A stretch of DNA of 63,737 bases, counting the filler, from Octopus bimaculoides (taxonomy: Eukaryota), in NCBI RefSeq assembly GCF_001194135.2. It is 6 parts of 6 records of this genome, joined end to end, with 100 filler letters (N's around TTAATTAATTAA, not from the genome) between each part and the next. Parts side by side here need not be neighbours in the genome. Positions count along the whole stretch, not along the records: positions 3,758 to 32,792 come from NC_068982.1; positions 32,893 to 41,020 come from NC_068990.1; 4 more parts are not named here. One strand, given 5' to 3'. A model generated the notes under the pieces. That model did no database searches. It saw only the letters and a list, made by a program, of their open reading frames with translations, and was not told where the DNA came from. A program made the position numbers and the translations under genes. Positions 25,641 through 36,689 of this stretch are shown here, one piece after another. How positions within the stretch are numbered: the stretch's first letter is position 1; every line of letters begins with the position of its first letter.

Positions 25641-26273
25641 CATGTAAATAATGTAAATACGCTCTTCCACAGAAAGCAACACAGAAAGAAACAAGGAGAG
25701 AAAATAAAGAATGTGTAGTGGCTAGCGATCTATCATGGCGAATGCCGGACAGACGGGTCACACAGGAAAGCTAGGAAGAAGGGGAGATAATAAATAGTGG
25801 TGATCCCAAAACGAATGTGCACGTGCGTGTGTATAAGAGAGTTTGTATGTGCGTGTAGTAAAGGGCTGGTGATGTTGACGTGTGCGCGTGCGTATGTGTA
25901 GGTGTGAAAATCTGGGGCTGGGAAGTGGTCAGTGCTGGTGTGTACGTGGTGCTCTGTTGTGATGTGTTGTTTTGTGTGGTATGGTGGTGTATGGTGTAGT
26001 AGTGTGTGGTGTGGTGTGATGGTGTTGGGCGGTGGGGGAGGCGAAAGTGGGTAAAACAAGTGGGATAGCAACATTCATATGCACATTTGATAATTTTCTT
26101 TTTTCTCTGTTTATGCTTTATCAAATAAGAATAATATAATACACTTAATAATAATAATAACTGATTCCGTTGAATGCATATACATATGTATATATGGATA
26201 TGTATTTATGTATATATATGTATCTGTCGAAGTGTGTATATATTTATAAGTTAACCTTATAAACTTTCTAAAC

Positions 26274-26394
26274 TCTCTGACGAAACCCAGAGGCACAAAC
26301 AAGTAACTTAATCTTATCTACCAAATACTTCAGTTCACTGAATTGATGGAAGTAAAGTGGGTACTTTGACCTCTTGGCTGAAACAGCTGTAAGA
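26274..26394 (+). ncRNA. Hammerhead motif with 96-nt stem II domain (HHR-2)
   Basis: TCT-CTGACGA(26277-83)...GAAA(26380-83)-C-AGCT-G-TA^AGA. The outer stem II helix 26284-93/26370-79 pairs at 8 of 10 positions, and there is an inner helix TACTTC/GAAGTA. Stem III is 2 bp with palindromic loop AGCT; triplet GUA; stem I is only 3 bp. Confidence 0.65.
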
Positions 26395-26706
26395 AACTAT
26401 TTTCTATGTTCTATATTTTAATAATCACCGGTATTTTCATATATGTAAAGCATAATCTGTTATACCTGTATGTATATTATCATAATTTTTTTTTTAATAA
26501 ATAAATAGACATAATATAATGTCTAAAAGTTATACTTTTGATATTATCCCTTAGTTGATTGGATTCACAACGTCTAACTCTCTTGAAATTATATATATAT
26601 AGTCAAATTAATTAAAAACAGACAAAGAAAGAAAAAGGAAAAACGAACAAACGTGAGGACGTAGCACAAGTAATGTATTAATATGAGGCTCGAAGAAAGA
26701 ACATAG

Positions 26707-26745
26707 TTGTTTTACGTTTCAGGCATAGCTCTTCGTCGGAAACAA
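26707..26745 (-). ncRNA. Hammerhead motif, U4C core variant (HHR-3)
   Basis: Minus strand TTGTTT-CCGACGA-AGAGC-tat-GCCT-GAAA-CGT-A^AAACAA. Stem I is 6 bp, stem III is palindromic ACGT, triplet GUA, stem II imperfect. Confidence 0.6.
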
Positions 26746-26882
26746 GGAAAACAGGAAAGTTCAGAAAAAGAAGGAAGGAGAGGAAATTGCTAACAGTCCA
26801 CGAGTAGAGGAAGTGAAAATTCTTTCTGGGATAGGGGAGTGTGATGATGCTCGGTATGTGTATGTGTGGTGTGTGTATGTGG

Positions 26883-26922
<40 letters not shown>

Positions 26923-27369
26923 CAGTGTTTGTGTGTGTGCGTGGTAGCGTGCGTGCATGTGGTGGGAACTGTATGTGGTAAGATCTGTGTGCGTCTGGTA
27001 GAGTCTGTCCATGTGTGTTACTATTGATCTCGGATGTCAGCAGCTATAGTAACAGGTGTGTGCATGTGATTGCATGTTTGCGTACATGGAAGAGTCAATA
27101 GTGAGTCAGAGGCTGCCTGAAGGTTGTGTGAATGGGTGTATATATATATATATTAGTTTATGTATGTATTAATATTATCTCAGTTTTAAAAAAGTACCTT
27201 TGACAATGTAAATATGTTAATAGTTACCAGAGGTAGCAAAATTACACTAAAAAACCAAGATATCACAGCCGTTTTATAGGTAGAGATACCAAGTTAAAGT
27301 GATACATTTTGAGAAGATATGAATAATAACAATACATGGAGCAAAACGCATATAAATAAAAGTTCCTTT

Positions 27370-27453
27370 AATTCCTACACATGTTTCGAAATAAATGAGA
27401 CGCCTTTCACAAAGAAGAAAGAGCTGTTGGAATTCCACATATATTCATCTTCA
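27370..27453 (-). ncRNA. Truncated hammerhead copy (HHR-4), inverted partner of HHR-5
   Basis: Minus strand (A)TGAAGA-TGAATATATGTG...TTTC-GAAA-CATGTG-TA^GGAATT. C3 and the 5' strand of stem I are missing because homology stops at 27453. Confidence 0.55.
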
Positions 27454-27607
27454 TTTCAATCATTTAATTTAAACCTTTAGCATCACGTTTACAACCCACT
27501 TCCTTTATATCTCTATGTAAACAAGCGTTCTAACGGTCACTTGGCCATGTAACATCTTAGCTCGTTAATTACTTCATCATTTCGCATTTGCCTTGCTTCT
27601 ATATGTT

Positions 27608-27698
27608 GATTCCCTGAAGATGAATATATGTGGAATTCCAGCAGCTCTTACTTCTTTGTAGAGGAGCTCACATATATTTTGAAACATGTGTAGGAATT
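27608..27698 (+). ncRNA. Hammerhead ribozyme motif with 60-nt two-helix stem II (HHR-5)
   Basis: GATTCC-CTGAAGA(27614-20)-T-GAATATATGTG...CACATATATTT-T-GAAA(27681-84)-C-ATGT-G-TA^GGAATT. Stem I is 6 bp; stem II has an 11-bp helix plus an inner AGCTC/GAGCT helix; palindrome ACATGT in stem III; triplet GUA; all core nucleotides canonical. Confidence 0.85.
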
Positions 27699-28837
27699 AA
27701 AGGAACTTTTNNNNNNNNNNNNNNNNNNNNNNNNNNNNNNNNNNNNNNNNNNNNNNNNNNNNNNNNNNNNNNNNNNNNNNNNNNNNNNNNNNNNNNNNNN
27801 NNNNNNNNNNNNNNNNNNNNNNNNNNNNNNNNNNNNNNNNNNNNNNNNNNNNNNNNNNNNNNNNNNNNNNNNNNNNNNNNNNNNNNNNNNNNNNNNNNNN
27901 NNNNNNNNNNNNNNNNNNNNNNNNNNNNNNNNNNNNNNNNNNNNNNNNNNNNNNNNNNNNNNNNNNNNNNNNNNNNNNNNNNNNNNNNNNNNNNNNNNNN
28001 NNNNNNNNNNNNNNNNNNNNNNNNNNNNNNNNNNNNNNNNNNNNNNNNNNNNNNNNNNNNNNNNNNNNNNNNNNNNNNNNNNNNNNNNNNNNNNNNNNNN
28101 NNNNNNNNNNNNNNNNNNNNNNNNNNNNNNNNNNNNNNNNNNNNNNNNNNNNNNNNNNNNNNNNNNNNNNNNNNNNNNNNNNNNNNNNNNNNNNNNNNNN
28201 NNNNNNNNNNNNNNNNNNNNNNNNNNNNNNNNNNNNNNNNNNNNNNNNNNNNNNNNNNNNNNNNNNNNNATATATATATATATATATATACACACATGCG
28301 TTTTTATATAATAAATACGTCTAGTAATGGATGAGAATGTATTACGTCAAGTTTTACGAACATCAGCAATTTTATTTCTTTGAAGTTTAAAAAACTAGGT
28401 ATTATTTTATTTTTTTATTCTTCTATTTAAAATATATATTATGAACAGCTATTTTGCAAGTGAGTAATCAATTATTCAAGTGATATACTTGTATAATATA
28501 TCATGTGTAAAGCGGTACGTTATATTAAAATATCAATATAAACATGCATGATATGATGCATGTTTTACAGAACTTACATACGTCAAACGACCCCTATAAA
28601 ATTTATAGTTTAAAAGCATCTTAATGATAATCTTCAAATGCTGCTTTAAAACCTGGTTGTACTATTAGCAAGTAGGTTTCATGCAATATATTTATGTTCC
28701 TATTATATGGTTGAACCATATGTTAAAAGAGAGAGGATCTAGGAAATTTCACTTTGTTATATTTTATCCTTCTCTATTGAAATTCAAGAAAATTATTGTT
28801 AAACATATTGCTATAACATCTGTTATCCTTAATCTTT

Positions 28838-29150
28838 TACTATTTTCAGTCATCGGAAATCCACCATGTTGGTGCAGTCCTATGATATTTTAGCTGAACA
28901 AATCCATCTGAGTACTTAATTTTCAAGCCTGGTACTTAATCTATCGGTTTCTCTTCTCCTGCTGGTACGTTAAGTGAACGTAACCAAATCCACACCGGTT
29001 ATCGTCGTTCGGTAGAGGGGATTACACAAGGACACATATACAAACAGGCGCGCGCGCATACACATAGATACGATAGGTTTTCACACAATTTCCTTCTGCA
29101 AAACTTGGCCACAAGGCCGGTCTATGGCTCTAATAGAAGATACTTAACGT
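28838..29150 (-). mobile_element. Degenerate family B SINE
   Basis: TTTCAGTCAT...CCATGTTGG...GGTACTTAATCTATCGGT...TAATAGAAGATACTT. Confidence 0.55.
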
Positions 29151-29885
29151 GATAATTGAGGGAGATATGTATACTCTTTCTTATAAGTCCAGTTACTACG
29201 CAGATGTAAAGCTCGGTTAGAAAACATCGGAATCGCTAAATCACGCTGCGTATCAAAATTTTAATAATTTTTTCTTTTTGTTTTTTCGTCTTTAGTAAGT
29301 GTTATTTCCTATTTGCTTCTATCTAGAAATCAACACAAATGACTAGTATTCCCTAGAAAATTTGCTTTTGTCACCTGGACATCAATGTTTTGAAACTGAT
29401 AATTTCAGATTCAGCGTTCAGTTGCTGAAACAGAAATATCGTTACAGCAAATATTCTGCTCAATACCACAGATTTACTTGTCTGTTACTTGACCTTAACC
29501 ACTTGAGCATGTCTTTTAGTGGCTGATAATATAAGCATCTCTGATTGTGAGCAGGAGTAGTGGGGGAGTACCATAGCCATGAGTTGAGAGAAAGTTTTGG
29601 GGGTTTCATAAATGTAACAACTGCAAATATTGAAGGAAATAGCCCTTTTTCATACTTTCTAGGTGTAAGCAAATAAAAATTAACAGTTGCTACCCAAGGA
29701 CAAACATCGTGTTACACACTGTTATAAAATCAATATTTGACATAATTTGAATATAACATTGAAATACCAATCAAAGCTGCATGAGATTTAAGGCAATTGG
29801 AGATGTGAATTCTTTTAAAAATAATTGCCGTTATTTTCAATTAATTTCTACATAGAAATTTTACAATATCCTAATGAGTTAGTCT

Positions 29886-30075
29886 AAGGTGGTGAGAGGA
29901 GAGAATCGTTAGCATGTCGGACAAGATGCATAACGGCATTTCTTCCACCTTTTTAAAGTTCTGAGTTCAAATCCCGCCGAGGTCAACTTTGCCTCTTATC
30001 GCTTTGGTGTCAATAAAAAAAGTACATGTTAAGTACTGGAGCTAATGTAATCTACTTGTCCCCTACTCTCAAATT
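29886..30075 (+). mobile_element. Family A SINE
   Basis: GTTCTGAGTTCAAATCCCGCCGAGGTCAACTTTGCC core. Confidence 0.75.
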
Positions 30076-31499
30076 AGCTTATCGTAAACCATGCGCCGGA
30101 TCGGCGTTCTTCTCAAGGCAATGTTGTGTTCATGGTCACTTATACTTCACGAGAACCGGGTAAAAGGGCCTTATTAGTGTTAGAGCAGAAGAAAAAAAAA
30201 TACTCTAGAAGGTAAGCTGAACTGAAAAGCTTTATGTCGACGGTCCTGCTTTATGATTCACTAATCGCGTCGCTTTGCTGTGATATGTTTCAAGTAACAG
30301 AATTTTCTATATGCGGTACTTAAACGGCATTTATATATGTAAACTGTCTTATAATACTTCCGTGGTTTGCTTCAATAAACTTCTAGAAAACTGACTATGA
30401 GTATATGGCTAAAGTCAGTCCTCACAACTAAAGTTTAATATAACAATTTAAATGTTTATGCGAAATTCATCATCTTGCTCACAGTATATCCTAGACTCAG
30501 TTCCGTCAATTTTAGTGAGGGTGATCGAATTGTTTCAAACGAAGTTTTTTCATAATTGCAACACAGCAGACTATAACACTCAACTGTATGACTTAGAGCA
30601 GTCGATAGAAAAAAATGTCCTTTTGAGCAGGTATGTTGAGGCATCTGGGGAATATAAAACGCAGTTATATCAGAGTAGTATGGCATGTTATAGATCCCGG
30701 TAACTAGAAATATTACTTCTTTAGAACAACGCTATAGTTATTTAAATACATTAATTACTTCACAGGAAAACAGCACTATGAAATCTTGGACAAACGGCAA
30801 AGTTACATGTTGCATTATAGAGACAAGGTCGTAACCATTCACAAAATTAATCAATCAATAAATATTCTTCTATGTACTTTTTCATGTTTTAAAAAGATTG
30901 ATCGTTAATGATTAATGATTGATGGCGTTAACATTAATTTAATAATATTAATTAGTTACACCTGCTCTGGTTGCTAATTGCTTGAATTTCATTAGTTTGA
31001 ATCTTACACAAAAAGTATATCTGGAAGATGAAACTGCCATTTATTATTTTTTTTAATTTTTCGATTCAACCTTTATTTAACACCACAACCAAAATAGCAC
31101 ATATTGAATTTAGAATTTGATGGTGATATCGTTTTCATCGAGTGTAACTGTTATTATCACTACTACTAATTTGGCTATTAGTATAATTATTCCTGCTGCT
31201 GTCTCTACAACTGATGCCACTTATACCGTTTCACATTTTCATTGTTGTTGTTTTATATGATATTGTTGAAGAAAGATGGTCCTAATATGGAGGTATAAAG
31301 GGCAGTGGAATGTGAGAAATGCTAGATCATCTAACAAAGTGCCCTGTTATGTTATTTTACAGCCCCTGAATTCTACTTTCTCCACCTCACGTCTGCTTTC
31401 TATAAATTTGGTAAAAATAAGAAACCGTTTGCACACTGATGTCGATTTTGGCTCCTGTCCCTTTAATTAACACAGGTGTTAATGAGTATACCAACAAGT

Positions 31500-32000
31500 A
31501 ATGTATTTATGGATTTACCAGTAGCATGTATGCGGTGTAATTTTATGTATGCTTCTATGTCTTTTGCTAATGTGTTTCGGTTAACAATACAGGCATCAAG
31601 GAGAAACTTAAAACAGGGGTGTTTTAGGAAGATTTTTATCTAGATATTTCTTCTGTACGGATTTATAGATAATCTGTTTTTGAAATCGGTGGACCTGCAA
31701 ATCAGAGAGAGATCGGGAAAATGGTTGTATTTGGTGGGATGCTGTAGGAAGACTTTGACCTGAATAGCCTGAAATTAGTGTTGCAGAAATCCAGGTAAGA
31801 CAAGGGAGAGTCGGGGAGATTGGCGTCTATGTATGCACAACTACCGCATTTGGGAGAATATTAAGTAGAGGGTGTATCCTCGATGTCTGATCTGGGTTGT
31901 GAATAGCGATTGAGAAATTTGTCTCGTGAGAGAAATATTTAATAGTTTGCACGTGTATAAAATGCGATGCGTGATTCCTAGGCTGGAGAGGAAATCTTGG
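31500..32000 (-). mobile_element. Possible CR1/L2-type APE endonuclease fossil
   Basis: C-rich minus strand with SHETNF and G(S)CAYIDANLP motifs; frameshifted. Confidence 0.3.
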
Positions 32001-32371
32001 AAATTTGAGAAGAGGAAAGAGAATTGGTCGGATGGGGTTATCTTTTGTCATCAACGTGAACTGTAGAGACAGCTTTTGATACTTGGACAGATCACGGAAA
32101 TCCTCGATCTGGAAGTTTGGTATGGATGCTTGCCACAGAGCAATTTTGCGAAAGGTACTGAAGGGATAAATGACGGAGTTAGACAAAGAACCGTGGTGCA
32201 TCCAGCAGCGCAGATAAAAATTAAAGACAAAGGGACATATCAGGCTCTATTGAAGCAGGTGGTACCTTACAAAAAATAAAAGTATAACGGAGAAGGAAAA
32301 ATCAAATGAAAAAAAATTCTATGAAAAGCAGTTGCAGCAGCAGCAGTAGTGGTAAATCAAAGAGGTGTCGC

Positions 32372-32479
32372 AATATAGGTTTCAAATTCTGACACACGGC
32401 CAGCAATGTCAGGAGAGGGCGTAAGTCGATTACATCGACCCCAGTATTTATTTTACCGACTCCGAAAGGATGAAAGTCA
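32372..32479 (-). mobile_element. Family A SINE 3' half
   Basis: AAGTCGATTACATCGACCCCAG...GAAAGGATGAAAG; stops just before the Helitron-like start. Confidence 0.7.
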
Positions 32480-32484
32480 TATTA

Positions 32485-32792
32485 TCTATATATATAAAAA
32501 TGAGAATGTGTGTCTGTCTGTCTGTCTGTCTGTCTGTGTGAATCCCTAAAACTCGAGAACTACGCAACCAATTTCATTCAAATTTTACACATGCCTTACT
32601 TAGCGTTCCAGTTGTGATTTAGTCAAAAAAATTTTTAACTTCTTGCAGAGTTCGAGCCCACGGCAACATAATATCTCCTCCACTATTTAAGTATTATGTG
32701 TCAAAAGTGAAACAAAAACACTGAAGTCAAATACTTTCACTTTAAGAATGAAACTATTCCACTAACTGAAACAATCACATTTCGATACTGTA
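32485..32792 (+). mobile_element. Non-autonomous Helitron-like element, 5' part
   Basis: A|TCTATATATATAAAAATGAG start, then (GTCT)n and CTAAAACTCGAGAAC...CCAATTTCATTCAAATTTT, typical of non-autonomous Helitron 5' ends. It abuts a truncated SINE; the 3' end is in a gap. Confidence 0.65.
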
Positions 32793-33234
32793 NNNNNNNN
32801 NNNNNNNNNNNNNNNNNNNNNNNNNNNNNNNNNNNNTTAATTAATTAANNNNNNNNNNNNNNNNNNNNNNNNNNNNNNNNNNNNNNNNNNNNAAAAAAAA
32901 AAAAAAAAATTTTTTACATGTGCCCCCCCCCCCACCTTTTTAAATGACTGGCTTTCGCAGTTTCCCTCTATCAAATTCCTCTCATGATGAAGAATTGGTT
33001 AATCTCTTGCAATGGTAGAATAGATTTCCCCACAGTACCACATGTTCATATATATATATCAAACTTGGAAACCATGTGGTGGTGGACCAAACTTCTTTAT
33101 AACATGACTATGCTGGTTTTTCAACCAGTACTTATGCATGTCATCTCCAGATCCTTTACTTTGATAAAGCCAAGACATTTTGGAAATAATACAGGGAGGA
33201 CCAAAAGTCATGCATCTGGCATTTTATTGCTATT

Positions 33235-33266
33235 TTGTTGTTGTTGTTGTTGTTGTTGTTCTTCTT

Positions 33267-33325
<59 letters not shown>

Positions 33326-33342
33326 CATCCTCATCATCATCC

Positions 33343-33418
<76 letters not shown>

Positions 33419-33450
33419 CATTATTATTATTATTATCATCATCATCATTT
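33235..33450. repeat. Compound (TTG)(TTC)(TTA)(TCA)n microsatellite
   Basis: Directly visible; abuts the R4/Dong 3' end. Confidence 0.95.
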
Positions 33451-33990
33451 TCTGATTGAATTGCATTTTATTTCATCTTCTGACTGGGCCTCAATCAGAG
33501 ACCTAAAGCATGTATATATTAGATGGAAAGAAACTTCCTGAGAATGTAGGCAGTTGATATCAACACAATTTTTTGAGTTTCATAGATTGGTGGTTTCCCA
33601 GGGATCTGGTCAAAGAATTTGTCAGTACCTTTCTTGAGCATCCTCAGGGTACCTACAACAACAGGGGTTAGTTTTGGTTTTTAATTGGCATGTCGCAGGC
33701 ATCTCAATCTTAAGGTCCCTTATATTTTGAAAGTTTTTCAAATTCTTTTGCTTAGATGTTTCTATCAGTAGGTACTGTCATGTCAGTTAACAGGCATGCT
33801 TTTCATTTTAGGTCTTTGATGATGATGTCTGGTCTATTACCATTCATTTGTCTGTATGTATTTCATTATCCAATAGGATGGTAACATTCTCTCTCTCAGT
33901 GACAGGCTCTGGATGGTGTTCATACCAGTTCTTAGGGTGCAGAATACCATAGTGATTGTTCCTGTTCTTCGGATAGTTGTGTTTTTGTCA
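33430..33990 (-). mobile_element. R4/Dong-type non-LTR retrotransposon 3' end (restriction-like endonuclease)
   Basis: HYGILHPKNWYEHHPEPVTERENVTILLD...NRPDIIIKD...LTDMTVPTDRNI*AKEFEKLSKYKDL...PVVVGTL...QKIVLISTAYILRKFLSI* (stop 33519-21). A short 3' UTR runs into (TGA/TAA)n. Confidence 0.9.
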
Positions 33991-33991
33991 C

Positions 33992-34033
33992 AACTGTCTG
34001 ATGAACAGGAAAGTGAAACTCTGAGTAACAGTT
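33992..34033 (+). ncRNA. Hammerhead motif with 2-bp stem II (HHR-6)
   Basis: AACTGT-CTGATGA(33998-34004)-AC-aggaaa-GT-GAAA-CTC-t-GAGT-A^ACAGTT. Stem I is a perfect 6 bp, stem III 4 bp with a 1-nt loop, triplet GUA; AATAAA follows about 20 nt downstream. Confidence 0.7.
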
Positions 34034-34089
34034 TTGTGATAATTTTGCAGCTTTAATAAAAGTATATACATACATACATATATATATAT

Positions 34090-34306
34090 ACTCTACTCTT
34101 TTACTCTTTTACTTATTTCAGTCATTTGACTGCAGCCATGCTGGAGCACCACATTTAGTCGAGCAAATCGACCCTGGGACTTATTCATTGTAAGCCTAGT
34201 ACCTATTCTATCAGTCTCTTTTGCCGAACCGCTAGCTTACGTGGACATATACACACCAGCATCGGTTGTCAAGCGACAGAGGGGGACAAACAGACACACA
34301 AACATG

Positions 34307-34368
<62 letters not shown>

Positions 34369-35170
34369 CATATATTTAATAATAATATGTATATAATAAT
34401 AATATTAGGGATAAAAATTCAAAACTACAGGTAAAAACTCAATTAAAATAAATTTATTAAAAATTAAAATTAAATTAAGTTTCACAGTATTAAATATATA
34501 TATATATATAGTTTTAGGGAAAAGAACCAAGGTTCATGAACTCATCGATGAACATCCACTGTCATTATATTGTTAGCTTATATTATAATGGACGTAGGGT
34601 TGATTATGGAATGTTTATTATTTTGATATCTTTAATAATATTTTTCTATCTTAATATAATAAGTATTTTATATACATTCATTTGTTATTTATTGTTGGTT
34701 GATATATANNNNNNNNNNNNNNNNNNNNNNNNNNNNNNNNNNNNNNNNNNNNNNNNNNNNNNNNNNNNNNNNNNNNNNNNNNNNNNNNNNNNNNNNNNNN
34801 NNNNNNNNNNNNNNNNNNNNNNNNNNNNNNNNNNNNNNNNNNNNNNNNNNNNNNNNNNNNNNNNNNNNNNNNNNNNNNNNNNNNNNNNNNNNNNNNNNNN
34901 NNNNNNNNNNNNNNNNNNNNNNNNNNNNNNNNNNNNNNNNNNNNNNNNNNNNNNNNNNNNNNNNNNNNNNNNNNNNNNNNNNNNNNNNNNNNNNTATATA
35001 TACACACGATGGGCTTCTTTTAGTTTCTGCCTACCAAATCCACTCATAAGGCTTTGGTCAGCCTGAGGCTATAGTAGAAGACACTTGCCCAAGGTGCTAC
35101 GCAGTGTGGGACTGAACCTGGAAGCATATGGTTGGGAATAAGCTTCCTACTGCACAACCTTGCCTGTGCC
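34090..35170 (-). mobile_element. Family B SINE halves (34090-34310 and 34995-35170) separated by an AT-rich insert and a gap
   Basis: Tail TACTCTTTTACT..TTTCAGTCATTTGACTGC and head TAGTAGAAGACACTTGCCCAAGGTGC. Confidence 0.75.
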
Positions 35171-35898
35171 TTATTCTGTGCATAACTTTTGGCTCAACTT
35201 GTATAATTTCAAACCTGCAAAGTATGAGAGAAATGTACAGATTGCAAGATTGCAGTAGGAAATATCAAGGCAAACAATAGATATGGAAACTTATAAAATG
35301 CCATAAAAGTAAATTGTAGACAATGATTTATATGTCATGCCTTGTAAATTGCTACATATCAATCAAAGAAATAGGTTGATCAACACAAAGAAATAGAAAT
35401 AGAATTAGTAAAGGATGTGAAGAATGGAAACAAATGTCAATCGGTTTAAATTCAAGTGTCTGTGGCAGTAATAAGGTAAAGGAAAAATGGATATGAATCA
35501 AAATGTCAAAAGTTTACCAGAAAATCCTCTGACCCAAGAACTACATAAAAATCTACGTTTGGGAAGCAGTCATGTCTTTCAAATCTCTGGTGTTTGTTTG
35601 TTTATATGTAAACAAATAGAGATAGAATGTTAAAAAAAAAAAACGAATGACAAATTGAATATATTGAAAAATAGTCAGATAATCACATACACACATGTGT
35701 GTGTGTGTAGACATATACATATATTTACTCACACATACACACACACTCTCTCTTTTTCACTCTTTCACATTCTCTGTCTGTCTGTCTCTCTCTCACACAC
35801 ACACATACTTTGTCTTTGTCTTACCTTGTCTTCATTTATACACACATACACAATCTAACTCATGCATGTGCATAAACTCCTTCTCTGTCTGTCAGTCA

Positions 35899-35931
<33 letters not shown>

Positions 35932-36689
35932 ACATATACACACAAACACAAATGCACAGTTTGACAATGATAATTCTCGTAACTAAGAGTAATGTTGGTA
36001 GTAAATAAAAGTCTATCATCCACTCCACAGTCATTCTCTGTTGATAATAGATATGACAAAAAAGAAAAAATCATAAGATGAAAACAAAAGCAATAATAAT
36101 TAAGATCAGAAGTATTGGAGGTCAATATAATTGACTCACCCAAAATCCTTGGCCTTGTGTCAACATATATGTGTGGGCGTATATATTATATATATATAAG
36201 CTGTCATGGTTGAATAGCTGTGTCTAGTGATAATCCCTGACAATCAAGACTGTCTGAATTTATATCTGTCAACTGTAGTAGAGGAAGATCACATTATTAG
36301 TAATTTTAGAAATTTTTGTATGTTCCCCACTACAACTTTGTGTTAATATCATGTGACTATATTTTTTTGTGCTGAAAACCCAGGTAAGCATGGTTGAGTG
36401 AACATGTCCAGTGATGGTCCCAAAATAAGGCTCTCTAAATTTAATCTGCTAAGTGGTAGAGTGGAGAGAAGGTTTTCTTCTATGTAGCCCAGTGGGCAAA
36501 TACTTATGGTTTGTGTCTATGTTTGCAGGCATCAAATTTTGTTCTCCACTAAGTTTGTGTGTTAGTGTCATAAGGGGAAAAGTCATGATTGTGTCCAAAG
36601 TTTAGGTTGTTAACTGTATAAATTCAACATTTCAAGCAGTAGAGTGAGTTTTTGTAAAAAGTTTTTCATGAATGTAGTTTGTTAAAGTT

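Larger units (their letters stand above)
27358..27710. repeat. Inverted repeat (arms 27358-27453 and 27615-27710) of an HHR-bearing PLE end
   Basis: AAAAGTTCCTTTAATTCCTACACATGTTTC...GGAATTCCACATATATTCATCTTCA recurs reverse-complemented after a spacer of about 160 nt. The right arm runs into a gap. Confidence 0.9.

Noticed and set aside
30100-30720. Possible hAT dimerisation-domain remnant
   Set aside because: Similarity is too weak to support by eye.
34480-34560. TCGATGAG...GAAAC on the minus strand
   Set aside because: The core is non-canonical and no consistent helices form.
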